Source: Candidatus Pacearchaeota archaeon | GTDB lineage: Archaea > Nanobdellota > Nanobdellia > Pacearchaeales > GW2011-AR1 | DNA: 64,000 nucleotides | Assembly (NCBI GenBank): GCA_041656875.1 | Contig: JBBACR010000001.1 | Span: 325,386 to 389,385 of the forward strand | Direction of reading: 5' to 3' | Part shown: piece after piece, positions 39,008 through 49,044 of the stretch | Layout: the number at the start of each line of letters is the position of its first letter | How positions within the stretch are numbered: position 1 is the first letter of the stretch | Made by a program: the position numbers and the translations under genes | The notes under the pieces: generated by a model | Told to the model about the DNA's origin: nothing | Seen by the model: the letters and a program-made list of their open reading frames with translations, nothing else | Databases searched by the model: none

Positions 39008-39850
39008 ATGAAAGCACCGATAATTAAAATTTGTCCTTTTTGCTTAATTGAATTTATTGCAAAACGAACAAAGTCAGTTTTTTGTTGTAGATCGCATGCG
39101 CAAACATATGCAGCAAACAAACCCGAACGTATTGCATTAAGTTCTTTAAATGCAAAAGCTAGATGGACGGATGCTACATTCAGAAATCATATGTTAGAAG
39201 AAATTAAAAATTTTGCATCATCTGCGGAATTCAAAGAAAAACAGTCGGTTGTTCAAAAGGAAAGACAATCTCATCAATCGGTAAAAGCGGAAATTAGCAA
39301 ACGTTCCAAAGAACAATGGGCAAGACAAGAAACGAAGGAAAAACAATCTGCATCGCAAAAAATTGCGCAAAATAAGTCAGACGTTAAAGAAAATAAGTCA
39401 CACAAACTTAAGCAAATAACAAATGAATGGCACTGGCGTAAAAGACAATCCCAAAATATGTTAAATTTATGGAAAAATGCAGATTATGCAGAACGTGTAT
39501 TTGCTGGAAATAAAGCAGCAATGTATAAACGTTACGATTTTATATTGCCATCTGGCACAATAGTAAAGTTGCAAGGATATGAACCTCGCGCATTGCGTGA
39601 ACTGTTAGAAACTTATCATGAATCAGATATAGTAATCGGCGTTAAAGAAATGAATTCCGTCATAGGAACAATTTCGTATTTGTTTGAAAGTAAAGAAAGA
39701 ACATATTATCCAGATTTTTATATAAAGTCAACTAATACAATAATAGAAGTTAAAAGCACGTGGACGTTTGAATCGGAAAAGGAAAAAAATATAGCAAAAG
39801 AACAAAGTTGTTTATCAAAAGGATTTGCTTTTAAATTTATTATTTATTAA
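39008..39850 (+). CDS. Free-standing endonuclease: Zn finger, helical repeats, PD-(D/E)XK domain
   Basis: Likely start MKAPIIKICPFC; FILPSG..VKLQGYEP; YYPDFYI....IIEVKS.WT. Confidence 0.8.
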   Translation: MKAPIIKICPFCLIEFIAKRTKSVFCCRSHAQTYAANKPERIALSSLNAKARWTDATFRNHMLEEIKNFASSAEFKEKQSVVQKERQSHQSVKAEISKRSKEQWARQETKEKQSASQKIAQNKSDVKENKSHKLKQITNEWHWRKRQSQNMLNLWKNADYAERVFAGNKAAMYKRYDFILPSGTIVKLQGYEPRALRELLETYHESDIVIGVKEMNSVIGTISYLFESKERTYYPDFYIKSTNTIIEVKSTWTFESEKEKNIAKEQSCLSKGFAFKFIIY

Positions 39851-40535
39851 ATCGTGCAAATGCCTTCTCTGTTATAAATATTTTTCTCGACTTTTTAAAT
39901 TCTAACAAATTCTTAGACGAAGTATAGCTCATTGCACTTGACAGATAATGTTTAAAATTTTCAACCCAACCGTCAATTGTGTATTCAACAGGATTCATTC
40001 TTGTAATTCCTTCCGACGTTTTTATTACGTCAGCGCCTAAAGATTTTTGTGCACCTTTAGTACTCATTCCTCTAAATTTTTTGAAAAATTGAGTTCCGTA
40101 ATTAAATGCAATTTCTGTTTCCTCTGCATATTGATTCACCTTTTCACCTGGTTCAGTCCAGCCATCGTTCTTTTTATTTTGTTTGTATGTATCGCCACAA
40201 CTTTCCAATGCTTTATTGAAAATTGAACCAATCATACAAAAATCAGCACCTAACGCAAGTGCTTTAAGTATATCTGAGTAACTTTTAAATCCACCATCTG
40301 CAATTATTTTTGCAGGTTTTTCTAATCTTAAAGACATTTCATAGCATTCAGAAATAAGTGATGCCATTGGATAACCTATTCCTGTTTGAACAGTTGTAAG
40401 ACACCCGCTGTTATGAACAATAATTCCGTTTATATTATATGAATGATCTGTTTCTATACATAAATCATGTACTGTACCTTCGTAATATTCAACACTTTTT
40501 TTTATTTCTATTAAATTAAAACTTCGTTTTCCCAT
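39840..40535 (-). CDS. guaC: Split intein C-fragment (42 aa) plus GMP reductase/IMPDH C-terminal half
   Basis: VHDL.IE.DHSY...GIIVHN|SGCLT; IIADGG, KALALGAD, FRGMS, SAMSYT. Confidence 0.92.
   Translation of the reverse strand: MGKRSFNLIEIKKSVEYYEGTVHDLCIETDHSYNINGIIVHNSGCLTTVQTGIGYPMASLISECYEMSLRLEKPAKIIADGGFKSYSDILKALALGADFCMIGSIFNKALESCGDTYKQNKKNDGWTEPGEKVNQYAEETEIAFNYGTQFFKKFRGMSTKGAQKSLGADVIKTSEGITRMNPVEYTIDGWVENFKHYLSSAMSYTSSKNLLEFKKSRKIFITEKAFARFNK
40410..40535 (-). mobile_element. Split intein IntC
   Basis: Ends in HN followed by Ser+1. Confidence 0.92.
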
Positions 40536-41623
40536 GATTTTATTCTTTTAAATTCGCATTTTAGATATGTTCGTATTTCTTCTTCTCGTATTTTATCTTT
40601 CTCTCGTAAGTTCCCATTTCTATCAAAATGATATGGCTCATCATATTCATATACAATATTATTTATTTCATCATAGCCATCAACAAAATAACCTAAATCT
40701 TTAATATGATATTCGCCGCCGTTCAATGCATGACATATTTGCGTATTTGTCTTTTTTGCAAGTTTATCAAAATACGTGCAGCCATTTACATTAAAATTGG
40801 GTTGATGAATACAACCGTTTGGAAAATACATTGCAATACGTTTAAGCATTGTAACTCTAAGATTTCTTCTATGTTCTGTTGAAAATTCGCGGCCTTTTAA
40901 TGATTCTGATATTTTATCTAAAATGTCATTCCATTTATCTGTTTCTTTTAACTTTCGTATCGCGTTTTTCATATTTTGTTTGTATGCTTCAAACTTTATA
41001 TCTGCCACTTCTTTCCCATATTTTTCTTCCCACACAGAATAAACAGATTTACCAAACATTGGATTATTATCGCATGAACTCGCAAACTGTTGTCTCACTT
41101 TGTACGCTTCAAACTTTATATCTGCCACTTCTTTCCCATATTTTTCTTCCCATACAGAATAAACAGATTTACCAAACATTGGATTATTTTCGCCATCGTA
41201 TTTTCCTTTCATCCCATCAGACCTATGTTTTTTCATTTCTGGAGAATGCCGTTTATTATAAAACGGATTATTTTCGCCGATAAAATTTTCTTTGATATGA
41301 TTATCCCACATCGAATTGCCTGTTTCTTCACCATACTTTCCAATCCATATTGTCTTCAAAGATTTTTCAAACATTGGATTATTTTCGCCTTTAATTCTGC
41401 ATTTTCTACATAGAAAGATTTTATCCAATTTTGGCCGTGATCTTTGAACAGTTTCATGTCCGCAATCGCTGCATATAATTTTATTGAATTTCATATTTGC
41501 TTCCTTTGCACGCATTTCATTGCCATCAATAAACTTAAATACAAAACAATTTTTATTTTTTAATTCATACGCAATAACTTGAACGTCATCAATATAAAAT
41601 GTCGGTATTATTTTTGTTTCCAT
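40511..41623 (-). CDS. Free-standing homing endonuclease between the split-intein halves (NUMOD3-like repeats, Vsr/DUF559-like nuclease)
   Basis: GENNPMFGK repeats; YFVDGYD....VYEYDEPYH...D..RE. Confidence 0.82.
   Translation of the reverse strand: METKIIPTFYIDDVQVIAYELKNKNCFVFKFIDGNEMRAKEANMKFNKIICSDCGHETVQRSRPKLDKIFLCRKCRIKGENNPMFEKSLKTIWIGKYGEETGNSMWDNHIKENFIGENNPFYNKRHSPEMKKHRSDGMKGKYDGENNPMFGKSVYSVWEEKYGKEVADIKFEAYKVRQQFASSCDNNPMFGKSVYSVWEEKYGKEVADIKFEAYKQNMKNAIRKLKETDKWNDILDKISESLKGREFSTEHRRNLRVTMLKRIAMYFPNGCIHQPNFNVNGCTYFDKLAKKTNTQICHALNGGEYHIKDLGYFVDGYDEINNIVYEYDEPYHFDRNGNLREKDKIREEEIRTYLKCEFKRIKSWENEVLI
40981..41188. repeat. 88-bp near-perfect duplication with 120-bp period inside the endonuclease gene
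   Basis: 40981-41068 vs 41101-41188, 2 mismatches; encodes NNPMFGKSVYSVWEEKYGKEVADIKFEAY twice. Confidence 0.9.
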
Positions 41624-41684
41624 TTCTTGTTTATTTTATATATAAAGAATATGAAATGCAAATTATACAAGAATTGGAGTTGGG

Positions 41685-41987
41685 CTAATATTGAATCAAT
41701 AAATGTGTGTTTTCATCCAAATCAACAGCAGATATCCATTTTGCATATGCTGATATGTTATCATCATCGACTATATCTTTATACTTTTTGTCAATAACGT
41801 AGTATTCATGATTCATTGTTGAACCTTCACCATTAATAAATATTATGTCTTCTTCTTTATTATATGTATATGTTTCTATTACTTTTTGCCATATGTTTGT
41901 GTGTGTTAAGACATAATCACCAACTTTAACATCTTCTATATTTTTCAATCCTGTTTTTGTCAAAACTTTTGTTCCTCTGATGAAACA
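41685..41987 (-). mobile_element. Split intein IntN (100 aa)
   Basis: CFIRGTKVLT..GLKNIEDVKVGD.V, T.NHEYY, W..A.DL. Confidence 0.92.
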
Positions 41988-42500
41988 GCCGCCTCCAATA
42001 CCGCAACGAATTGCATCGGCGCCAGCAATTGATAAATCCCAATACGTTTCTGGATTAGCAATATTACCTACCATAAGATACAATTTTGTTCCGTATTTTC
42101 TTTTTGCTGCACCGATAGCGGATGACAAACTTGCCATGTGTCCATTAGCAATATCAATAAGTACATAATACGTTCTATCATTACCTAAGATTAATTTAGA
42201 TAATGTTGAATCTTTTAAAAACAAATCAGTAAATTGCGTTAAACTGTATGATTTAAAAATTTTTGCAAAATCGCTGTAATCTTGAGACCTTGCATCTTGT
42301 ACTCTTGGAAATACTGCATATATGTTATTATTCAAAAAATATTCATAGTTATCATTATTAATAACAGTATCCATTGGTGCTGTCATAATTGGTAACATGC
42401 CATCATCATTAAACAAATTGCATTCGCTTCTTGATGAAATTTCCGTCGATACGGATGGGACGATAAGAATATCGTCAAAATCAAATTTTCTTTCTATCAT
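41685..42500 (-). CDS. guaC: GMP reductase/IMPDH N-terminal half plus split intein N-fragment
   Basis: FDFDDILIVP, APMDTV, IDIANGH, GNIA, GADAIRCGIGGG|CF..GT.V; no CBS domains; likely start ATG 42500. Confidence 0.92.
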   Translation of the reverse strand: MIERKFDFDDILIVPSVSTEISSRSECNLFNDDGMLPIMTAPMDTVINNDNYEYFLNNNIYAVFPRVQDARSQDYSDFAKIFKSYSLTQFTDLFLKDSTLSKLILGNDRTYYVLIDIANGHMASLSSAIGAAKRKYGTKLYLMVGNIANPETYWDLSIAGADAIRCGIGGGCFIRGTKVLTKTGLKNIEDVKVGDYVLTHTNIWQKVIETYTYNKEEDIIFINGEGSTMNHEYYVIDKKYKDIVDDDNISAYAKWISAVDLDENTHLLIQY

Positions 42501-42735
42501 CTTTTCCTTTTTTAAGTGCTTTTTCGATTCCGTCGCATATTGCAACAAAATCTGGGTTTAACGATTGTCTTAAATATACGCCTGTGCCTTGTAATGAAGT
42601 TTCGGCATAACACTCAACAAGTTCGATAATTCTATTCTGAATTTCTTTTTTATTGTGTTTCCAATCAGCGCCTTTTGTTTCTTTTGACATTTCAATCATT
42701 TTCATGATTGCTTTTAGTTCTTTATCAAAATCCAT
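42481..42735 (-). CDS. Hypothetical protein
   Basis: 84 aa ORF. Confidence 0.6.
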   Translation of the reverse strand: MDFDKELKAIMKMIEMSKETKGADWKHNKKEIQNRIIELVECYAETSLQGTGVYLRQSLNPDFVAICDGIEKALKKGKDDRKKI

Positions 42736-42738
42736 AAA

Positions 42739-43686
42739 TTAATGTTTTAGTTTACAATTATCAAAATGAAATAATTTAAAATTACTTTTTCCAGATTTTC
42801 CACAATGCGGGCATTCGTACACTGGTCTATATTGGTTTTTTGCAATTTCCCGTTTCTTTTTACGAAATGCTTCACGTTCTTCTTCTGTCATCTTTGCAAA
42901 ATATGCTTTACTAGTTTCGCGTAATTTTTCACGCCGTTTCTGTTTATCATCTTCGGACTTTGCATCAATTGTTTGTTTGAATTTTGCTGTGCGTTCTTTA
43001 AGTTTATCTTCTGACATATTCAATACACGTTCGCTAGCATCTTTGCGGATTTTTTCTTTATGTTCATCAGTTAAATTATTAAACGCATTCCGTAAATTCT
43101 CTTTTTTCAATTCTCTTTCATCGTCTGTTAAATTACGCCATTGTTGTCTTACATTTTCTTTGCAATTTTCTTTCTGTTCGTTTGTCATGTTAGACATTCC
43201 TTGCTTTACCGCATTTGCAATATTTTGTCTTTCATCTTGCGACAATTTTGACCATCTTTTCTGCATTCCAAGAGAATGCTTTTGCTTTTGTTCTTCCGCA
43301 ATAATATCAGATTTATAAATCTCGGCGTATGTTTTTCCTTTTAATGCATCAGATAATTTTGTTCGTGTTTCCGCAGTAGGACTATAATCCAGTATCAATT
43401 TACCGCCGCCAGTGATTAAATTCATACATAATGGCTCATTTATTAAAGTGATTGTTACAATTTCTTTTTCTCTTAAAACAACAGATGCTCTATCTTTGCA
43501 ATATTCTAAAATTTCAGTTTTAAAATTGTTACGTCCATACTTTTGTATTGAACGCCACAAATATAATCCCGAACCAATGTAACCATCATTCAAATCAAAA
43601 GTAGAATGCATACCGATATAAAACTTATTATTTATAAGATTTGTTGTTTTATAAATATAATGATACGTGTGAGGTTTCCTTGCCAT
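42739..43686 (-). CDS. GIY-YIG (Seg-like) homing endonuclease
   Basis: YIYKTTNLINNKFYIGMH, YIGSG, E..N; helical repeats; C-terminal CPHCGK..H..NC. Confidence 0.9.
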   Translation of the reverse strand: MARKPHTYHYIYKTTNLINNKFYIGMHSTFDLNDGYIGSGLYLWRSIQKYGRNNFKTEILEYCKDRASVVLREKEIVTITLINEPLCMNLITGGGKLILDYSPTAETRTKLSDALKGKTYAEIYKSDIIAEEQKQKHSLGMQKRWSKLSQDERQNIANAVKQGMSNMTNEQKENCKENVRQQWRNLTDDERELKKENLRNAFNNLTDEHKEKIRKDASERVLNMSEDKLKERTAKFKQTIDAKSEDDKQKRREKLRETSKAYFAKMTEEEREAFRKKKREIAKNQYRPVYECPHCGKSGKSNFKLFHFDNCKLKH

Positions 43687-43731
43687 AACTTTAATTTTTA
43701 TTTATATATTAAAGTTTACGGTACATTTTAT

Positions 43732-44313
43732 TCACGCCCAATATCCTCTAGCGTCAGTGCCATCACCCATATCCCAATCACTATCTTTGTCAATGTTGAC
43801 AACACCAGTTCCTTTTATGATAGTGTTCATTTCAGCCCATTCTGCATTGGCAAGATCATTAGCTTTTCTGATACATTCTGAACGTTCTTCTGCTGTTTGT
43901 TTGCCGTCTGTTGTAACCACACGATATAATTTTTCGCCTTTAGGTTTGTCTTTTGTTTCTTCTATTAATTCAAAATCGAATTCTTGGTCATATAGATATC
44001 CACAGCGTTCAGCGTAATCATCTTTTAAATGGTTTTCACAAAGTTCAATCCAACGTTTCATTTGTTTGACTTTTAACCCTTTGCTTGTATTTTCTTCATA
44101 ACCTTTATCTATATCGGCTAATAGAATTCCCATTTGAAATTTTTGCATTTCAAGAATATATGCGTAATCCCATGGACGCATTTTAGTTACAACTTTGAAA
44201 TATTTTCTTAATGCCCAAAACGTCCATTTTGCATCATAATACAAATCAACCCATTTAAGCCAAAAGTAATATTTAAGATTAAAAAGGAAGATATCTTTTT
44301 TAGTTCTTTTCAT
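43732..44313 (-). CDS. Hypothetical protein
   Basis: 193 aa; RPWDY. Confidence 0.7.
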   Translation of the reverse strand: MKRTKKDIFLFNLKYYFWLKWVDLYYDAKWTFWALRKYFKVVTKMRPWDYAYILEMQKFQMGILLADIDKGYEENTSKGLKVKQMKRWIELCENHLKDDYAERCGYLYDQEFDFELIEETKDKPKGEKLYRVVTTDGKQTAEERSECIRKANDLANAEWAEMNTIIKGTGVVNIDKDSDWDMGDGTDARGYWA

Positions 44314-44318
44314 ATTTT

Positions 44319-44678
44319 TTATTTTTTATCTTTTTTGCAATATGCATCCCATGCACATAATATTTCGTAAAATGCATCAGTACTATCTGCTAAATATTCT
44401 TTATTATCAATTGTTGCTTCCATTGGCGTTTCACCAAATTGACAATCATACATAAACCATTCAAGCCAATTCGATTCGCATTCTTCTGGTGTATCACAAT
44501 GCTCAACTGTTATAGCCCACAATCTTTGAAATGCCAAATTCAATTGAACAGATAATGTTGATGCCATATTGCCATCAATGTATGTTTGCATGAATTCTGT
44601 AAACTTGTTTTCAAGTTCGTGTTGTTCTTTGACTGCATTGATTATGTAATCAAAATCTTTTTTACTTATCATCATCAA
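44319..44678 (-). CDS. Hypothetical protein
   Basis: 119 aa; WLEWFMYDCQFG. Confidence 0.65.
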   Translation of the reverse strand: MMMISKKDFDYIINAVKEQHELENKFTEFMQTYIDGNMASTLSVQLNLAFQRLWAITVEHCDTPEECESNWLEWFMYDCQFGETPMEATIDNKEYLADSTDAFYEILCAWDAYCKKDKK

Positions 44679-45258
44679 TATCTTTAATGTTGAACTCTAC
44701 ATTTCCTGTTCCGTTCATTTCGATTGTTGCTCGAACAACTTCCCCGAAATCTTCACCTTCCGCAATTTTTGCAAATTCTTTCAATTTGCTTTCGTCCATT
44801 TCATTAACTTGACTAATGATATCGTACAACGTTTTAATCAGTGCAGCATCGGCTTCAGTTAATAAATTTGCGCCACATTGAGGACATGGTTTGTTTAACC
44901 ATTCTGCAATTACAGCATCAGCATCTGTCCATAAGACGGTATTATCTTGCCATCCGCATTTTGGATTATCGCATTTTATCCCGTTGCTTTCGATTTCAAC
45001 ATTTACTTTTTCTTTTGCCATTTTTTTGATTTTTATTATTAATGTTTCCTTTTCCAAATGATTATCTAAAAAGGGACTGTTCGTTGTGATTGTTCCATCT
45101 GCAAGTTCATAATAGATTTTGCCATCTACCGAATAAACAAGTGGAATACCACGTTCTTTGTTTTCTAATTGTACTTCACGAATTGCTTTATTACCAATGC
45201 TTTGAATTTCAAATCCTTTTAAGTACAAATTAAGATCATCAAATTTTTTGACTTCCAT
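44662..45258 (-). CDS. Zn-binding hypothetical protein, possibly a two-part fusion
   Basis: CDNPKC ... CPQCG in the C-terminal part. Confidence 0.6.
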   Translation of the reverse strand: MEVKKFDDLNLYLKGFEIQSIGNKAIREVQLENKERGIPLVYSVDGKIYYELADGTITTNSPFLDNHLEKETLIIKIKKMAKEKVNVEIESNGIKCDNPKCGWQDNTVLWTDADAVIAEWLNKPCPQCGANLLTEADAALIKTLYDIISQVNEMDESKLKEFAKIAEGEDFGEVVRATIEMNGTGNVEFNIKDIDDDK

Positions 45259-45282
45259 AATTTATTTTTTTTACAAACAACG

Positions 45283-45501
45283 TCAAACAGTTGTTTTTAT
45301 GTACCCATGATTATAAGGGTCTCCTTCAATGTGGTTTAGTTTATATTCAGCAAGTATTTCAATTACAATGTTTTTCATTGCTGTTGAATTTCCTGTTACA
45401 AAAATAACATCAACATTTGCATTCCAGTGTCTTTCAATTTCTCGTATAATATCATTTCTAACGGATATGTGAGAACGTCCATGCAAATCTAAAACGTACA
45501 T
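45283..45501 (-). CDS. Smr-domain-like small protein
   Basis: LDLHG, FVTG.S..MK. Confidence 0.7.
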   Translation of the reverse strand: MYVLDLHGRSHISVRNDIIREIERHWNANVDVIFVTGNSTAMKNIVIEILAEYKLNHIEGDPYNHGYIKTTV

Positions 45502-45503
45502 AT

Positions 45504-45914
45504 TTATTCAAATTTATAAGATTTCAGTGTTTGAAATCTTTTTGTTAAATCGTCAATTTCTTCTGGAAAGCAAGGTCCTATACCTATGCATGTTATTGTC
45601 GGTTCAGTGAAAACTGTATAACCTGCATCTTTTATTATTGCAACAGGAATGTTTCTTGCTTTCACATCTTCTGCTAACTTTAATAATTTGTCAAGACTTT
45701 TGCATCCCAATATAATTTTAACAAATGGTCCATCTAACCAAAGTTGTAAAGCAGAACCTTCCTTTGTAATTAATGTTCGAACGTCGCCAGACTTTGTCAT
45801 TTGATTATACACAGGTGCTTCACTTGCATGCGATATTTGTGCACCTAATTTGCCCATTGGCATAACTAAATCGGTTCTTACAACAATAACTTGTTTTGGT
45901 AAATTTTGAGGCAT
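45504..45914 (-). CDS. pth2: Peptidyl-tRNA hydrolase 2
   Basis: KQVIVVRTDL.M..GK..AQ.SHA, DAG.T, T..GIGP. Confidence 0.93.
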   Translation of the reverse strand: MPQNLPKQVIVVRTDLVMPMGKLGAQISHASEAPVYNQMTKSGDVRTLITKEGSALQLWLDGPFVKIILGCKSLDKLLKLAEDVKARNIPVAIIKDAGYTVFTEPTITCIGIGPCFPEEIDDLTKRFQTLKSYKFE

Positions 45915-45938
45915 ATTGCTTTTTATTTGTTTGATTTA

Positions 45939-45963
45939 TATATACATAACTATCCGTTAGTTT
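45939..45963 (-). promoter_or_regulatory. Class II promoter
   Basis: AAACT-N12-TGTATATA upstream of pth2. Confidence 0.7.
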
Positions 45964-47105
45964 TCTACTATATGCAGTTCATGCGCTTCAATATTCAACG
46001 GCACTTCTAATTTTTTGCGCATTTTATCCATCACGCATAACGGAACTTGTTCTTTTTCTGTTCTGCTTAAATTTTGTTTTACACAATCAGCATAAGGTGT
46101 TGCAATAAAAATTATTTTTACATACGCCTTATACGAAGTGAACAATGAAATAAGTCCTTCTCTCATTTGTCTTGTTATGTTAGTTGCATTCCAAACAAAA
46201 TCAATTCCTTTTGCCATATATTCTTTGGCAGTTTTCTTTGCTTCTTGAATAACACGACCTTGTTCATCAGTCGGCTTTATTTTTAATCTTCTTCGTATTT
46301 CGTCTAAAGATATCACAGGTATTCCTGACATATGTTTCGATATGTAATAATCTTTACCCGAACCAGGCAAACCTACCATCATGCATACGGTTGATTTTGT
46401 ATCATCAAACGGACAATCTGAATGATGATGTGTTCTTTCAACAAGATACTTATATTTTGCAATTCCTGTTCCGAATTCGTATGCACCGTCAATAAGATCC
46501 AAATCAAAAGCTAATAATAAAAAGTAATCAATTGCTTCAAGTCTTTTATCAATGTCTGATGCAATTCTTCCTTTAAAATCACTTTTTGTCATGTAATAAA
46601 GATTGTCCATTCTGCAATCTTGTGACATTTTAATAATTGAACGTTCTTGTTCTTCTCTTGTTTTATCAATAAGCCATGTAGGTTTTCCATGATATAGAAT
46701 AAGATTGCAAATTTCGATACGATCCAAAATAGGCATCTTATCACCATTAATTATTGATACTTTAAGGTTCTCTAATAATTCCCATGCAATTTTTGCGCCT
46801 GTTGCTTCGTGTCCATGTGCTCTAATTTTGCCATCCTCTAATTTTGAGACTATCGGTTTTGCAATATCATGAAGTAACAATGCATAATTTATAATTGTTA
46901 TGTCATGCGCGCATAACGATAATTCTTCATCAATTCCGTCAAGTTCATTACAAATTTTTTCAAATTCGTCAAGAACCATTTTTGTATGTGTTAGCACATC
47001 GCCTTCACCGTGCCAGTCTGGATTTTGTTCGCATAATGACATTGCATTTAAGTATGGATGCAATTCTTTCCATTGCGGAACAACATAATCATAAAATTTA
47101 CTCAT
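45957..47105 (-). CDS. HD phosphohydrolase plus P-loop kinase (polynucleotide end-healing-like)
   Basis: QNP.WH.EGDV..HT, LLHDIAKP, GH; GLPGSGK, SLD..R, WNATN. Confidence 0.9.
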   Translation of the reverse strand: MSKFYDYVVPQWKELHPYLNAMSLCEQNPDWHGEGDVLTHTKMVLDEFEKICNELDGIDEELSLCAHDITIINYALLLHDIAKPIVSKLEDGKIRAHGHEATGAKIAWELLENLKVSIINGDKMPILDRIEICNLILYHGKPTWLIDKTREEQERSIIKMSQDCRMDNLYYMTKSDFKGRIASDIDKRLEAIDYFLLLAFDLDLIDGAYEFGTGIAKYKYLVERTHHHSDCPFDDTKSTVCMMVGLPGSGKDYYISKHMSGIPVISLDEIRRRLKIKPTDEQGRVIQEAKKTAKEYMAKGIDFVWNATNITRQMREGLISLFTSYKAYVKIIFIATPYADCVKQNLSRTEKEQVPLCVMDKMRKKLEVPLNIEAHELHIVEN

Positions 47106-47108
47106 TTC

Positions 47109-48302
47109 TTATAATTTTAATAGTCCTTGTTCAATATGTCCCGAATATAATTCTCTAAGTTTATCGTGTCCGATATTCAATATTTCAGATTCAAGTTTCG
47201 CTCTCCTCCAATTTTTCGACCAATGTTCATCGGTTTTCACATGTTTTGCTCTTACATATTTGTAAACAGAATTGTAAAACATGTCATTTGGAAATTCTTC
47301 TTGTATTCTAGCAACCACGCCTTCTTTAGGTGATTCAAATATCATATCGTTCGATAAATGAGATGTGTGTGTCATCAAATCATTTATTATGTCTTCCATT
47401 GTTTGCGGCTGTTGAACACGGAATTTATTTTCAACTCGCCAGTTTGATGAATCAACTCTGAAAAGAATCGGAACAGTTACAAAATCAAACATTTTTGCCC
47501 AATATTCTGTTTCCTCCCACGATAAGAAAACATCATGTTTCATATTTCTTACACCAAATACGTAAAAGTGTTCCTGCAATCCAGAATAAATAATAGAATG
47601 CTCACCATACATATTTTCGCCACAAATTTCAAGGTCGAAATCTTTTAAATCATTTTTGATTGAATCCCATTTGGGTTTAAGCCATTGCGCCCATGGGTTT
47701 TTTGTTGGTGCTGTTCGTGATCTTGCAAATAAACCGTATTGTGAAATACTTGTGTTTTCGCCATCAAGTTTTTCTGTTATGATAACAGGTCTTTTGTAAA
47801 GAATATTTGTATTTTTTGCAATCCTATCATCTGATGTTGTACCAGGTGAAAATGGAAAATGATAAGTTCGAGGATACTTATCAACAATAGGATCATACGG
47901 TTTATCGAAATCTTTAAGACGAGATTGTATGATCTTTTGAACATTTGCATTGCGGAAGATATATCCTTTCAATCTTCGTCCATCTTTTAAAATTGGATTT
48001 CCCCATTTATCATAATCCATAACAAATTCGTTAAGTGATAAATCGGAAGGATATAATATGTTTTTTATTTTTGCGTGCGATCTTAAAAATTCGCAAGATA
48101 TTTCAGTTTCCTCTGCCAACATATGATGTTCAAAACACAATGAAACACCGTTATCTAAATAATAACCGCCGTCATCGAATAACGAACGGTCGATTATATG
48201 ATGTGCATCAACTGCAGGTTTTCCGCATATAACGCATTTATGATTATCTCGTTTGAATACAGATTCTTTGAATTCTGTTCTATTTAACAATGTCTGATTC
48301 AT
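47109..48302 (-). CDS. HNH domain fused to RNA ligase
   Basis: RD..KCVIC...DAHH..N..SLC..HH; KYPRT.H, TEKLDGEN, GENM, EGVV.R, KYVR..HV. Confidence 0.88.
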   Translation of the reverse strand: MNQTLLNRTEFKESVFKRDNHKCVICGKPAVDAHHIIDRSLFDDGGYYLDNGVSLCFEHHMLAEETEISCEFLRSHAKIKNILYPSDLSLNEFVMDYDKWGNPILKDGRRLKGYIFRNANVQKIIQSRLKDFDKPYDPIVDKYPRTYHFPFSPGTTSDDRIAKNTNILYKRPVIITEKLDGENTSISQYGLFARSRTAPTKNPWAQWLKPKWDSIKNDLKDFDLEICGENMYGEHSIIYSGLQEHFYVFGVRNMKHDVFLSWEETEYWAKMFDFVTVPILFRVDSSNWRVENKFRVQQPQTMEDIINDLMTHTSHLSNDMIFESPKEGVVARIQEEFPNDMFYNSVYKYVRAKHVKTDEHWSKNWRRAKLESEILNIGHDKLRELYSGHIEQGLLKL

Positions 48303-48320
48303 ATATAATTTATTTTATAT

Positions 48321-48345
48321 TATATACACAAAGTGTTCAAAGTTT
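48321..48345 (-). promoter_or_regulatory. Class II promoter
   Basis: AAACT-N12-TGTATATA upstream of the RNA ligase. Confidence 0.7.
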
Positions 48346-48351
48346 ATAAAT

Positions 48352-49044
48352 TTATGATTTTAAAATTTCTGGCCATGCTGCATAATCAACATTTTCAGAC
48401 ATGCAATATTCGCGAACTGAACGCTTTTGAGCAGCAGACATTTTATCAGGCAATACAAAATTAGGTGGGTCAGTCCAACCTAATATACGAGCCCATCCCA
48501 TATCTTGTAGAATTTCATAATGATATTTGCCAAATTGCTTTTCAACAAATCCGTATTTATCGCAAAGTTCTGGACAATTGTCTTTTAAGTAATCTGCAGC
48601 AAATTCTTCATGACACGCAAAACCTACCCAATGAACATGGCCTGACGGTTCAATCCAACAAGATTTATATGTTCTACGAACAACTTCAATACTTACTTCT
48701 TCAATTTTTTTAAGTTCTTTTGTTCCTTCGGTTTTTGCAACTTTTGGTTTTCTTGTTGCTTTCTTGCGTTTTTTTGCAAACACTAGTCTGCCTTCAATAA
48801 CAGGAACAGATAAAATAGTATCATACGGTTTTGCATTTGTTTTCTTGAATGAAAGAACAACCCATTCAAATACTAATTGAAAATCGAATTCTCTGCATAA
48901 TGAAGGTATTTGGTCGTCAACCCAATTTCTTGCTTCATATATTGAGTCGAATGTTGTATCTTCAATAACAGTTTCAAAAACTGCTTTGTAAAAAGATGCA
49001 TTCTCGCAATACGTACAATAAAATATGAGTTTTGTGTTTTTCAT
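48352..49044 (-). CDS. Hypothetical protein
   Basis: 230 aa; WIEPSG....H..F, GW.RI C-terminal domain. Confidence 0.65.
   Translation of the reverse strand: MKNTKLIFYCTYCENASFYKAVFETVIEDTTFDSIYEARNWVDDQIPSLCREFDFQLVFEWVVLSFKKTNAKPYDTILSVPVIEGRLVFAKKRKKATRKPKVAKTEGTKELKKIEEVSIEVVRRTYKSCWIEPSGHVHWVGFACHEEFAADYLKDNCPELCDKYGFVEKQFGKYHYEILQDMGWARILGWTDPPNFVLPDKMSAAQKRSVREYCMSENVDYAAWPEILKS

Noticed and set aside
40981..41188. Duplication as a DGR template/variable repeat pair
   Set aside because: In-frame tandem protein repeat with only two mismatches, and no reverse transcriptase in the window
40511..41684. Group I intron interrupting guaC
   Set aside because: Gap between IntN stop and endonuclease start is only ~60 bp and the endonuclease overlaps the IntC start, leaving no room for a ribozyme core; both halves carry intein termini
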